A stretch of DNA of 63,944 bases, the filler included, from Polymyxa betae A26-41 (taxonomy: Eukaryota; Protista; Endomyxa: Phytomyxea), in the NCBI GenBank assembly GCA_003693705.1. It is 4 parts of 4 records of this genome, joined end to end, with 100 filler letters (N's around TTAATTAATTAA, not from the genome) between each part and the next. Parts side by side here need not be neighbours in the genome. Positions count along the whole stretch, not along the records: positions 38,167 to 61,652 come from RBZT01000676.1; positions 61,753 to 63,944 come from RBZT01000801.1; 2 more parts are not named here. One strand, written 5' to 3'. Shown here piece after piece: positions 50,566-62,649 of this stretch. The notes below the pieces were generated by a model. It saw only the letters and a program-made list of their open reading frames with translations, made no database searches and was not told where the DNA came from. Each line of letters opens with the position of its first letter. Positions within the stretch are counted from its first letter, which is position 1. Made by a program: the position numbers and the translations under genes.

Positions 50566-53500
50566 ATGTCGTCCGGCGGGACGGGGGACGCTCGTACGGA
50601 TGACGGCAAACAGACCGGCTCGGAGGTGGTCATGCCTGACGCCGCCTTTGTGAAAGTCTCACCGTCGACTGGCCTCTCGTTTCGTTCGGACGAGATCTAT
50701 CAGCGTATAGAGATGATCGGCAAGGGCACCTATGGGTCCGTCTGCCTTGGCCGTTTTTTGTTGAATCCATCCTTATTGCATTGTCTGAACTTGTTTTGCT
50801 TTTCGAGATGAGTAGATGCTGCCTCGCGCTCTTGCTATGCAGGGGCTAATTTGGGTGTTTTTTTGCTGGGTGCTGAGCCTCGATCTCATAATAATCGGGC
50901 TCAGGTCGGTTTACAAAGCGCGGGCGCCGGAAGGGCATTTGGTGGCGCTCAAGAAGGTTCGGATGGATTGCGAGAATCAAGGGGTATGGTTTAAGATCTC
51001 GCGATTCAATATTTTCTTGTGCTTTTTTCTCTATAAAGATAATTTGCTGTTTTTTCGCTTATTTTGTTTCTTTTTAGGACTTCTGAAAATTCGTATGTTT
51101 CCTTTCGTTATCACATCTTACTCCATTTATGATTTATACTGTTGCTCCGACGTTGCGAGTGATTCAGTACTATACCTTTGTTTAAAACATCGTTTTCTGC
51201 ATCGTTTTGCTTTCTGCTTTCTAAGCTTTGCGAACAGTTTCCCATAACAGCTATTCGCGAGATCAAGATTCTGCAAGCATTGCAACATGAAAATGTCATT
51301 CAGCTCGATGATGTCGTCGCTTCGCGGGACTCTGCTGTTTCGCGCAATGGCTCTTCAGTGTTTATGGTGTTTCCCTTCATGGATCACGATCTAACAGGGC
51401 TATTAGAGAATCCTCAGGTTGCAGCATCATGTGCTTTCTTCGTTTACGTTCAGTTTCTCAGTTTTATAGTTTTCACCTTTCAACCTCTGCAATGCTAATA
51501 TCCCTTAGGTTGTGTTGTCGGTTCCACAAATCAAGTTCTACCTGAGGAATATACTTCTTGGATTGCATCATGTGCATAAGCGCAAAATACTTCATCGTGA
51601 TATTAAGGTTAAAGTTTTGCTTCTTTTGTTGAACGGGTTTCTTCCTATTATTTTGCTTACTTTTATCAGTGTTTATTCCAACCCATTCTGACTTGGCTAT
51701 CTTAAGGGACCAAATGTTTTGATATCGAATACGGGTGAAGTAAAGCTGGCTGATTTTGGCCTCGCCAGATTTGTAAATGACGATGCTGAATACACAGCTA
51801 ATGTTGTGACATTATGGTATGCTCTTGGCTTTTGTCTTATTATATCGGCTTTCTACCAAGCTCATATCATGTTGTTTCTGCTCAGTGTTTTGCATTTGCT
51901 GAATGTTAGACTCAGGTATAGGCCTCCCGAATTACTCTTCGGCGCCAAGAAATATAGCACTGCTGTCGATATCTGGTCGATTGGGTATGTTAAATCGGCA
52001 TCTTTTTGCTATTACTTATTTTTATTATTATATATTTTTCTTTCTTGAGTTTATGCATGAGCTGCCAAGTGTGCTTTTCGATGCAATTTATCTTATATAT
52101 GCTTTTAGTTGTGTGTTTGCCGAGATGCTGACATCTGCACCGGCCTTTCCTGGAGCTACTGAGATCGACCAGATTGAACGCATATTCAAGGTCTGCGGAT
52201 CGCCAACACCAGAAACTTGGCCTGGGTTTAGCAAGCTGCCTGGGGCACAGAAGATCAAGTTGAGGACCACGTATCCGAGGACATTCAGACAAAAGTTTGG
52301 CAAGTATGCAATCTCAATTCACATTTCATCGTTAAGAACCTTTTATAATGCATGTTTGATCATCGATTTTGACTGTCGTTATCCTCACTCAGTTGTTTTC
52401 TCTTTGAAATTTCGTTTCCTCTTTTGGTTCCTTTTGTTTTCTATTGGTTGTCAACATTATCACTCAGTTTTTTCTCTGTAAAGTTTCGTTTCCTCTTTTG
52501 GTTCCGTCTGATTTCTATTTATCGTCAACATTGTAATGCTTACTTGGTGTTAGCAACTAATTGCTGTTATGACGAAGTCTCTGTTTTGTTTGGGCTCTTT
52601 TTCATCAATATTTCTTGATTGTTTTTACATTCTTCGCTTGATATCAACAGTTTTTCTCTTGCTTGCGGAGTCACCGATGCTGTTATGTTAATAGGTATGG
52701 CGATAAGGGACTAGATCTGCTAGAGAAGCTACTCTGCTTGAATCCTGATGGAAGAATAAGTGCTGGCGAGGCTCTTCAGCATGATTATTTCTGGACTGAA
52801 CCATTCCCGATTGATCCAAAGCTGCTTCCTTCGTATTCTCAATCTCACGAATATAAAGCTAGGCTGCGGAAGCAACAGCGCCAGGTCTTTCTTGCATTTA
52901 TTTGCTTCTCTTCCTCTTGCTTTATTTTCTTTTCGTGCATTCTTTCATTGTTTGTTTAACGTTCTACATCCAGTCTTCACTATATGGCTCTGATTTCATT
53001 TCGCTTTTATTTTACATTTTGTTTGGGTTGCGTTGATTACTCTCTTTATTGGTTTTTCGCTGCTAATCCATTATTTACAGGAGGCTCTACGGCAACAACA
53101 GATACCAAACAAGAGGGCGCGGATCCAAGGTGGTCAAGGACCTCCTCGCAGTCATCATCCTCACCATGGCGGATCTCACCACCATCATGTTCCATTGTAT
53201 CGAAACCCGGATGCTCGTGATCACGGCGGCGGCCAGCATCATCCACATCGCAACCCAGACTCGCGTTATAACGAGAGCGATTCCCATCAACAGCACGGCC
53301 GCAATCCCGACGTCCGTAATCAGCATGGGTACGCCGCCCAGCACGACCGTCCATATCAGCACCATCGTAATCCCGATGTGCGTGATCGAAATCGGGATCC
53401 TGCCCATCAGCAAAAGAGGCCGACCTCCAGTTATCATCACGGCTCACATCCTCATCATCAGAACCCGCCGCCTCCGGCTCCGCAGCAGACCACCAGATAG
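50566..53500 (+). CDS. CDK9: Cyclin-dependent kinase of the CDK9/CDK12 (CDKC) RNA Pol II CTD-kinase family; ~9 exons; His/Gln/Pro-rich C-terminal tail
   Basis: IGKGTYG|[58 protein letters not shown]|[22 protein letters not shown]; canonical GT-AG introns. Orthology to CDK9 versus CDK12 is not resolved. Confidence 0.92.
52385..52530 (+). repeat. Two-copy ~76-bp tandem repeat inside a CDK intron
   Basis: CACTCAGTT..TTCTCT...TTTCGTTTCCTCTTTTGGTTCC occurs twice. Confidence 0.7.
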
Positions 53501-55689
53501 ATCGTCATCTGCATTAATTCGAGAATTTGCCACGACGACGATCCTTGTGATATCTTTAATACAGTTTACACGGCACATATATTTACGAACCGACGTCATC
53601 ACTGCCATGATTTCGACCCACGCCCTGCTCACGCTGGGCGAGCATGTTCATTTTCGCGACCCGGTGGTTAGCTATTGCTCTCTTCTACAGAACTATCGAG
53701 CGTGGTCATGTGATGATCGTTAGAGACGTCCAGGCAAAGATACGTTGAAGAGCTTTCAAAGATACGTTACGGACACGGGGAGAGAAATATGTGGGGCGGA
53801 ACTTCCTATTTATCTTTGATGGAAAAATATTGGAAAAATACAACAAAAGATACCTTTTTTACAGTCTGATTTCACAAAATGACGTTAGGCGCAGCCACCT
53901 GGGCCGTCCTTAGATCATGAGCTGCACCATGTCTGCGATCGTGCTAATTCTGCCAGCGCCGTTCGCGAGATGTTTGAAGCTGATACCGACTGCGTAGAGG
54001 TCAGCCTGATGCCGTTGAATCCTGCGCTGCCACTGTCAGCCATGGCTGCTGGACGACCTTGTCAAGGCTTATCGAATTTTATTAAAGCAAATTAACCGCT
54101 ATCGCTGGTATGACAGATGTCTTTATTTTTGTTCTAAAAGCTGGCAAGCTTCTTAATCTGACAGTCCCGAATAATATCTTAGAAAATGTAGTGAAGGAAG
54201 TGACCGAAGCTGTTTTCGTTAACCTGATTGGTCAGCTGAAGACCATCTATGTGCTATTTGGGATCTCATACACCTGTACTGCTAATGGCAAAAACGACTC
54301 CGAGCCTTGACTGCAAAACATGAAGGTCGTCACGGGGCTGAAAACGTCTAATACAGTTTGAATTTCATTAATCAGGCCCGATTCGACCTTATTACTGGAC
54401 TATCCCCTAAACGGCGTAAACGCAGGTCTAATGACGAAGTCAAATCGGAACCTGATGCGGATATTACGAAAAAGGAGATGCGGTCTCGTTCGACCTTGGC
54501 CATTGAGCCAATAAATCTTGACGCAGACCTCATTGCGGGAAAACTTTTATATAATAGCTGAACAGAATCAGCTTTGAAAAAAATCGTGTCACCTGCAGAT
54601 GCGGCTGAAACAGGAGGCATTAGAAGTGCTCATGTTACGAATCAGAACAATCTTCTGACCGATGACTAGGCGCAAGACAATTCGATAATGTAGAAGAGAT
54701 TTGATGTCTTTGGAATAAAGCACGACCCCATCTAACCCCATGACCCCATCCATATAAGCCTAGTCCTTAGGCGCCTCCTTTGATAGCACCCAAATCTACT
54801 CGTTTTCTTCGCCTATTTTTAAAACTAGTCAAGTTGCAGCAACATCGCAGCATGACATCGAGCTCCTGTCTGCCCATTGCCAGCGTGAAGTTTGTTAAAG
54901 GCGTTTAGCACAGGCCCAACGATTCCAATATCTTCCCTCTCATCGACCCTGCTCCTGAGTTAGGATAAACATATCGGCTCCAGCTGATCAAAAAGTAAAG
55001 TCAAAAGCATTCGAATAAAACCGTGCAAGCAAGTAACGATTCTTCAAGGGAGCTTCAAATAATCAGCGTTATCAACAGTGAAAATTCGCCAATTCAGAAA
55101 CAAATGCGACGGTCTGATAATGGTGGTGACATGATACGACCCTGCATAGACGGGATCGTTGTAGATGATTAAGCCTTCATGATCAACAGTTTGTTGTAGA
55201 TGAAGCCATCGATCTTGTTTCGTCTTGTATACTAACGCCTTGAGAGGTGCTCGCTGATATTTGCAGGTTGATGAATCTTGACCAAACTAACCATGAAAAA
55301 TTCCGACTCTCTGCCGCCTTCGCACGTCTGGCCATTCAACTTCATTAAATTCGACAGTTTATAAGTTCGGCGAATAGAGTTTATACTCTCTCCAACACCT
55401 TCACAGCGATACTTTATATTTTTACAGACCGTCCATCATGTATACAGCAACTCCATACATTACCATACAAATACACAGGCTCGATTGTCCATCATGTAGC
55501 CGAGAAACTTGCAGAACTCCAGCAAAATAATACTGTGAGCTGCATTGAATCCCGAGGCACTCGAAGGAAATCGCGGAAAGGGACCAAATAGATGACCTCG
55601 CAAAAACAGCTGCAACGAAATCGATCATGACCCAATGATCTCGTTCTAAAAGCTGCAACTTAAGAAAAGTGAGAAGAAAAGTCTTCGGA

Positions 55690-56050
55690 CTTTTTTAAAC
55701 AGCAATGTTAATCGAAGCAGATTTGCCAACAGCCCCGATCGAGTCAATGGATATAGAGCAGTACACCGAACAAAGAACATCAAGCTACGAATTAACATCT
55801 ATTACTATACCGAGCACGAATGGTCATACACGGCCCCGAATACTTCATAAGGAAATATGTATGGAATTAGAAGATACATGTCGATATTGTAACCGACAAA
55901 CAGAAACCATTGAGCATCAACTCATAAAGTGCAAAACTTTAAAGAAAGGCTTAAAAAAGCATCTCGAGAAGAAAACACCCAGATGGGAATCACAGACTTT
56001 AATACATCACTGTACAGACAAGAGAGATTTATGAGCACAGCCCGTTCATT
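55690..56050 (+). mobile_element. Non-LTR retrotransposon 3' remnant (zf-RVT-like)
   Basis: CRYCNRQTETIEHQLIKC, A-rich sense strand. Confidence 0.65.
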
Positions 56051-56661
56051 GTCAATTTTAATTCAATCGAATCTATAAGATCGGCGATGAATATGCAATC
56101 ATGACAAGCGGCAGTTCTCGAGAAAATCGATCTCGTTGCCTCGAGCCGACAGGTTCGCTGCTGTTAGATTCCGCTTTGATAAAATATCACAAGTACCTTG
56201 CGAAGACAATAAGATCGCAGCCGAGAGCCTCGTTCAATGTTCGCAGGAAACAATGGCAATAACCGGACACAAGAAACCGAAAAAATCCTTAAATCGTTCG
56301 AAACTTTTTTCCAATAAAACAACTCTTTATTCGTCCAAAGTAAAGCCCGATTGGTAGTAGAAAATAAAAGCAGGTCAGAAATCGATCCATTCCATAAAAA
56401 TGATACAAACCCTAAACCCTAACCCTATCATATCCTTATCTTGATCCGGTAATGCGAGGTCGTATGTCTCAGCATTACAATTGTGAGACGCACTCTGATA
56501 GCAATTGCACAATAGCGGCGTCTTCATCATTATCTTCGAAATCCGACCATGCAAAAGCATCCGCAGAAATCCAGGGCTTTGCGGACCTACGGTGTTTCAG
56601 TGTATCTGTTGAAGAACATTCATAAGTGGAGTTTGCGGGCAGAAAACCTTTGTATAGAGAT

Positions 56662-56945
56662 AATGACATCTGAGCTGCGCCGTGTTTGACGACCTGCCAG
56701 CCGACCTGATCAAACAGATCGCTATTCATTGCGATAACGATACCATCTGCAAACTCGCTTTAACCTCTCAAGCCCTCTACAGACTCGTCGAACACCGTCT
56801 TCTCATCCGCAACTTTATCTACATAGAAGCCATTGTCGAGAAAACGTCATCCGATATGGAATCCGCCGCCTGGTCTATCAGCAATCTACCGCTTCAACTA
56901 AGTCATATCTTGATGTCTTTTGAATCCAAATTTTGTAGAAAATGA
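56662..56945 (+). CDS. F-box-like protein N-terminus (fragment or pseudogene)
   Basis: FDDLPADLIKQIAIHCDNDTICKLALTSQALYRL matches the F-box pattern; nearest ATG (56662) is out of frame. Confidence 0.5.
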
Positions 56946-58434
56946 CGATATTGAACTGATATGAAATGAATATGATGGTGATTGTTTAGAGCCTGATTAA
57001 TCCTCATAGAAAATGGTTTTCCAGAAAAGACTACGATGTCCTTATCATGTTAAGTTTTTCTTTTCAAAAGTTCTAGATCGAGTTGGATTGAGTTGGTCGA
57101 ATGAGACGACGCTGTCTGAAACTGTATCATAGAAATTTCCTGCAACTTTCCGCAGAGATAAAGCGACAATATCGGGGTGTGATTCACCAGAAAACCGTCG
57201 TCAACATTCTGGTCTCTCAAGCAATTGATTGATTCCAAGGATTGAAAATCCTGCCAAAGCCCATTTCCAGAGCCTGCTATCGCGATTTTGGTACCCAGAC
57301 GAGACCATCAACAATCCATAATTGCTTGTCGATAGGATTGCCGGCTTCCTCAAACATCTGCAGGCCGTTTTCCAACTCAATGTATGAATGAAAGGTGAAA
57401 TTCTGCTTGATCACGGGGATCGTGTCGCAGAACGGAATCCGCCATTTCTCAACTTTCAATTTCTGCACTGGAAAGCAAACGCACAATTCTTGAGCGAAAG
57501 TTCATCCGCTTTCTCTCAAAACGGGTCCGCCATATCTCAGCTTTCATTTTCTGTACTAAAAAGCAGACACAAATTTCTTGAACAAAACGTCACCCGCATT
57601 CGCTCTGCCAATATGATAATCATTTTCTCACATCGATCTCCATGATCTCTTTAGTCTAAAATCGCCGAAAGTATCGCGCTGGCCAGCATGATCTAAACAG
57701 CCGTACACAGATTGCGACGATCACTGCTTGCATGGGCCAACAGTGATGGTTTACGTTTCAATGTAACGTAACGATAAGTAGTCGCGTCTGTGGAAACATA
57801 ACCAGGCACCAGGTGCGAAACGTCTCGACGCGCAGACCCGCCCCAGATCGTGACCAGTATGGTTGAGCCGGCATACTGGCCCGAAGGGGGTGGACGGGGG
57901 TCTGTCCCGGACTCCGGCAGGCTGTAGGTAACGCAGCAATCCGAAATTCGACAAAACTCGGCTATTCAGGGTCCAACTGAATATTTGTCTGTTGTTGTTC
58001 TACGAATTTCAAACTGATCTTTCAATGTAATAAATGTTATTGATTTTTCGCCCTCTCACCATGAAATTGTGAATTTGAGGTTATTCATAATCTAATGCTG
58101 GACAACGGCTTGCCTCTTTGAAATCATGGGACCTAATACTGTCTCCAATCGCTTATAATGAGCCTTAGCCAACTACTTGACAATTTGAGGCTGCGATCCT
58201 TTCTTCCATTGTCCATTTCTGGTAGCGCATTGGAATGGGTTTATGCATTCAAAAAACCCTAACAATTATACAAATCGAGCAGCCAAAACATCAGGAAGGA
58301 ATATCCCGCATTTCGGAAGCTTACAGGCTGCTGAATCCGTCTCTAACGATCCCAAACCCTAAAACCCTCGTCTGACAAGTACTGAGATGTGAAGATCAAG
58401 TACGAGTACCGCTGTTAATTGATTAGAGGCGGTG

Positions 58435-60159
58435 ATGGCGACGGCGTCCGCCGTAGCGCCGGGATTATCGATCGACGATATCGCGTAAGATTCCAACGCA
58501 CTCAATGTTACCCATTGTCACTGTAACGATAGGGTTCGGATCGGAGCCAAGCTGCAGGCAGTGAGACGGAGTCCGACTGATACGATTGGTAGGGTTTGAA
58601 GGCGGCGCTGTGTGATAGCTGTACTGAGGTTGACCAGCTCTGGCTGCGTTACGACACGAGATCGATTCGAATCAAATACGCGATGATACGTTACTGGCCG
58701 AGAACGAAGACTATCGTTACCTCTTTCAAGAGCTTCTCGAATTCTGTGGTAAAATCATTCAGTTCGAAGAATTTCCATTTTGTTTCTTGACAATGCTTAA
58801 GAAAAAAAATTATTTTCACAGATATCCAATTTGAGAAATTTGTTAGAAAAACAATGAACGATTTCGATTGCTGATAGCTCTGCAGAGCGTTCGCCAGAGG
58901 TGCCCTGCTCGATGGCCGATCTTCGCCTATTCTACACACTAAAGGCGTTGATGGCCGAGATCCCCGCCCTAAGCACCGATCGCACGGTCCAGAATTCGCT
59001 GCTGCGCGACGCCGTCACCTGGTATCATCGCCAGGGCCAGCAGCAGCAGCAGCACGTGACGACGCGCCTGGCCACGAACCGCTTCGCCGACTACAATCGC
59101 CATACGATGGCGTTCTGGCCGCTGACCAGTACGACCAAGGTCCGGACCCGGGACCTGGCGGCCGCCCACCCGAATCGGGCCCCGGAAGGACGGAGCGGGT
59201 TCACGCCGGCGCCCATCATTGGCGAGATGAAAGGCTGGCAGAGGCCGCCGCCCTTGTCGGTGTTAAAGGCGGCGCAGCCCGACTCGACAGTCGCCCTTAT
59301 AGAAGGCGGCTGCGCTCAAGCTGCTGACTCATCCCCAGAGGCCCCATCCACAGAGGAAGGCCGGGCCCCAGTCGCCAGTCGTGGTCTGGGCCGCGCCGCC
59401 ACATTCGCTGAGCTCGACGCCATCTATCTTCGAGGGCGCCATCGCGAGGCGACCCAAGCCTACGTCGAGCGCCAGGTCCGCGACAAGGTCGAGCTCTGGG
59501 CCGCCGACCGCTCCCGTCATGTCGAATCCATCGTCCAGCGCCAGGTGCTGCCGCGGACCCAGAGCCTTCCCTGTCTGCATTTCACCGCCAACGCCTACAG
59601 CAAAAACCAGTCATGGAAACTATCCCCGGGCCGGCACGACCTACCAACAACGAGCGCGTCGAATGCAGATCTGGACGTGATCTCATGCGACACTGCCGAC
59701 GCTGTTCACGTCCCGATGATGTCGTGGCCGGCGACGCCGCTGCGCGCGGATTCGCGTCTGACGCCGCAGGGCGTCGTCGATGCGCGTCAGTCGCTGATGC
59801 GATCGCTGTTCAACCCTCAGACGGCGCTCACCATCGATCTGCGGGCGCCGTCGCAGGCGCTGGTCGAGACGATTCCGGCGCCGACGACGCACGAGCTGCG
59901 CTGCGACGAGCTGAAATGCGCCGCCCGATGCAAATGGAAGCTGACGAGGGCCGGTATTAACATCGGTCGTGGCGTGATCGAGAGGGCCCTGGTCCAGTAC
60001 GGCGTGTCGCTGACGCCGGCGGATCGGAAGACGCTGTTTCCGCGTCCCGATGACGGGCTGTTGATGGATCCGACCGGGGAGGCGTCGCAGAACGCGGCCA
60101 AGGCCAATAAGGTGGCCAAAGGCAAGAAGGGCAAAAAGTCCAAAAAGAAAAAGAAATAA
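58435..60159 (+). CDS. Hypothetical protein with poly-Lys C-terminus; long terminal exon ~58878-60159, upstream exons unresolved
   Basis: Long GC-rich ORF with strong GC3 bias; ATG at 58435 followed by a GTAAGA donor. Confidence 0.7.
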
Positions 60160-60634
60160 ATTCGATTTCTTTGGCGCGATACAAACAATTCTGCTTTCCC
60201 AGATTCTGATCATAATGAATATTCTGGAGCTTCGAAAGGATGCCATTTGATGTTTCAGAATGAAAACCGAAACTTCTTTATCGCTCGCCGAAACATTTTG
60301 ACTGTTTACAAGAAGATCGGCCGATTTGTGTTTAGATTGCAAAGTGTGACATTTTTCTGTTAAAAGTGTTATTGTTCAATTCGCGGTCTGGTTCATTAGA
60401 AAACGCTCTAATGAGGAGAAATTATCAACCGAAGTCTGAGGTTTCTGGAGATCGCTAACTGCTTCGAATGCAGAATAACCTCTAGCAATAGGAATTCGTT
60501 CAAATGCGCTTTTCCAGAAATAACTGCTCAATCATCTGCGTATTGGCTTTAGATGAAAAGATTGAGCAAAACCTGCATCAAATACAAAGATTGATTCGAG
60601 TTTACTGAAATATTTGAGATTGTAAAAGCCATGT

Positions 60635-61108
60635 TTACGCCATATGACGTTCACCATAGAGCCAGGGCGGGTATTGCCTGGCTTCGGTCAGATTCATAAG
60701 GAAGCGCTTCACATCGGTCCGATTCACGCCATTCTGTTTGATCTCGGCCTTGACTTTATGAAAGCAGGCTCGGAACACAACCCGATCGTCGTCCGGGGCG
60801 GGCGCCACGCGCAAACAGAAATCACGATCGCCGTACATGACCGCCAGCCATCTCGTGAGATACTTTTCGGGTCGGCTGCCTTCATACGACCATCGCAGCT
60901 GATCTTTGACGATATAGGCGCGATCTGGGCCCAGGCGGATGTCGACAGCCTCAAACGGGTCGCGATCCGAAGGTTTCGGCTCGATGGCGATCGTCAGCAG
61001 CTCGTCGTCGGAAGGCGGATTCCGAGACGCCGGCATCAGCTGGTCGCAGAGCCAGCCGCCGACGCCCTCGGTCCAGTCCTCGAGCACCTCTCGTAGCGAT
61101 CGCATCAA
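60635..61108 (-). CDS. Hypothetical protein (157 aa)
   Basis: GC-rich ORF with ATG start and coding-like codon usage; no family recognised. Confidence 0.6.
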   Translation of the reverse strand: MMRSLREVLEDWTEGVGGWLCDQLMPASRNPPSDDELLTIAIEPKPSDRDPFEAVDIRLGPDRAYIVKDQLRWSYEGSRPEKYLTRWLAVMYGDRDFCLRVAPAPDDDRVVFRACFHKVKAEIKQNGVNRTDVKRFLMNLTEARQYPPWLYGERHMA

Positions 61109-61752
61109 CGTGTTAGACAGACGTCAAATCCGACCATGGGCTCGGAAACGCCGGGGCCGATTCTCACCACGAATTTGTTCATGGGAAGAAGGCGGCGCAT
61201 TTTCATATTGGGGATTTACGCACTTTCCTGAAAGAAGACTCATTCTGTTCCTGTTTGAACTTTTGTGAACATCTCAACTATGACGCACATTCTTTTAGCG
61301 CTCTGTTTCAGATTTCGGAAACATCTTCACTTAGGACGCACTTTTTGCGTGGCGGCTCATTCTCTTCCAGTTTGAAAAAATACAAATTCTACGTTTTGGA
61401 GGATCTCACAGATTGTAAAAAATTCCGGGTTAGCGGGCTTTTCATAGCTGCAGGGTTGATACACCTGATTTTTTTTTTGGAACAGTTTGCAGAAATCCTT
61501 TGTTCTAGTGTTAATACAGCTCCTGACCGAGGCAAGCCGCCTATGAATTTCAAATCTGTAGCTAGGGTTAGGAGCTTATAAAATAATTTATTATTTAACT
61601 ACGGCCGTCGGAGACAGGCCGGCCCTGTCCAGGCGGGGCTACCTGGCAGGGGNNNNNNNNNNNNNNNNNNNNNNNNNNNNNNNNNNNNNNNNNNNNTTAA
61701 TTAATTAANNNNNNNNNNNNNNNNNNNNNNNNNNNNNNNNNNNNNNNNNNNN

Positions 61753-62156
61753 TTAATGAGAATATCAATGGAACAGTAAATAGAACTATCAAACAAACCC
61801 CAGTTGATGTATGGAATAGGATTTATAAAAATGAACAAGAACCAAGAGAACCACCAACGGAATATGAAGTCGGGGATAGAGTGAGACTATTAATACAACA
61901 ATCAGACTACCAAAAGAAATCCACTGGACGATACTCCAATGAAATTTATATTATTGTTGAGAAAGTTGGACTCGGATATAGGTTAGATGGAGTAGAGCGT
62001 AAAGTGTTTCCGTTTGAGTTAAAGAAAGTACTCGCATCCGATGAACGTATAAATATAACTACTAGGAGTTCACCAAAGAACATATCAGAACAAAGAAAGA
62101 ACTCTAAGAAACTCAACACTATACAGAGGAGATTACATAAAGAGAACTTGAACTAA
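61753..62156 (+). mobile_element. C-terminus of a Polinton/Maverick-type retroviral-like integrase
   Basis: NGTVNRTIKQTPVDV...YEVGDRVR.....YQKKSTGRYSNEIYII...YRL....RKVFPFELKKV; sharply AT-rich contig between gaps. Confidence 0.7.
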
Positions 62157-62649
62157 TCATTATTATATACAATGCCGAAAATGCCGAAAAATAATCTGGG
62201 ATTTTGGGATTGAAAATAAAAAAAATAAAAAAAAATAAAAAAAAAAATTTTCTATCTGGGATAAGTGAGATTATTNNNNNNNNNNNNNAAGTGTTTTTGC
62301 GGAATTTCCTCAGAAAACGCAGAAATACTTACTTGGAGCAACTTTTTCTGCGTCTTGTTTTCCAAAGTAAACATGCATGACATGACGCTCCCGACGCTTT
62401 TGACGCCGATGGACATTGTCAGTTTTCCGCAATTATGAGTAAGTCCTAATCTATTTATACAGAATTCAATTTTAATTATAATGGTAGTTTTGAAAAGAGG
62501 TTGATGGGTTCTTAACACCGAACCCTTATCTCCAAACCTTGCCTAAACCTCGCACCCACGCACCCAATCCTCTAAACCTTGCCTAAACCTTGCCAATATA
62601 CTGGGGGCAGTGGCAAGGTTTTAAACCTTGCCACTGCCCCCAGTACCGT

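Noticed and set aside
690-53909. ~33-bp inverted match GGACGGCCCAGGTGGCTGCGCCT at ~690 and ~53877-53909, suggesting a 53-kb giant element
   Set aside because: No shared TSD, several scaffold gaps and ordinary host genes in between; more likely two independent ends of one small TE family.
59329-61096. Long antisense and overlapping ORFs over the GC-rich genes
   Set aside because: Shadow ORFs expected from high GC3 codon bias.
61638-61652. TACCTGGCAGGGG resembling the U1 snRNA 5' end
   Set aside because: Lacks ATACTTACC and follows a CAGGCCGGCCCTG TE-like terminus beside a gap.
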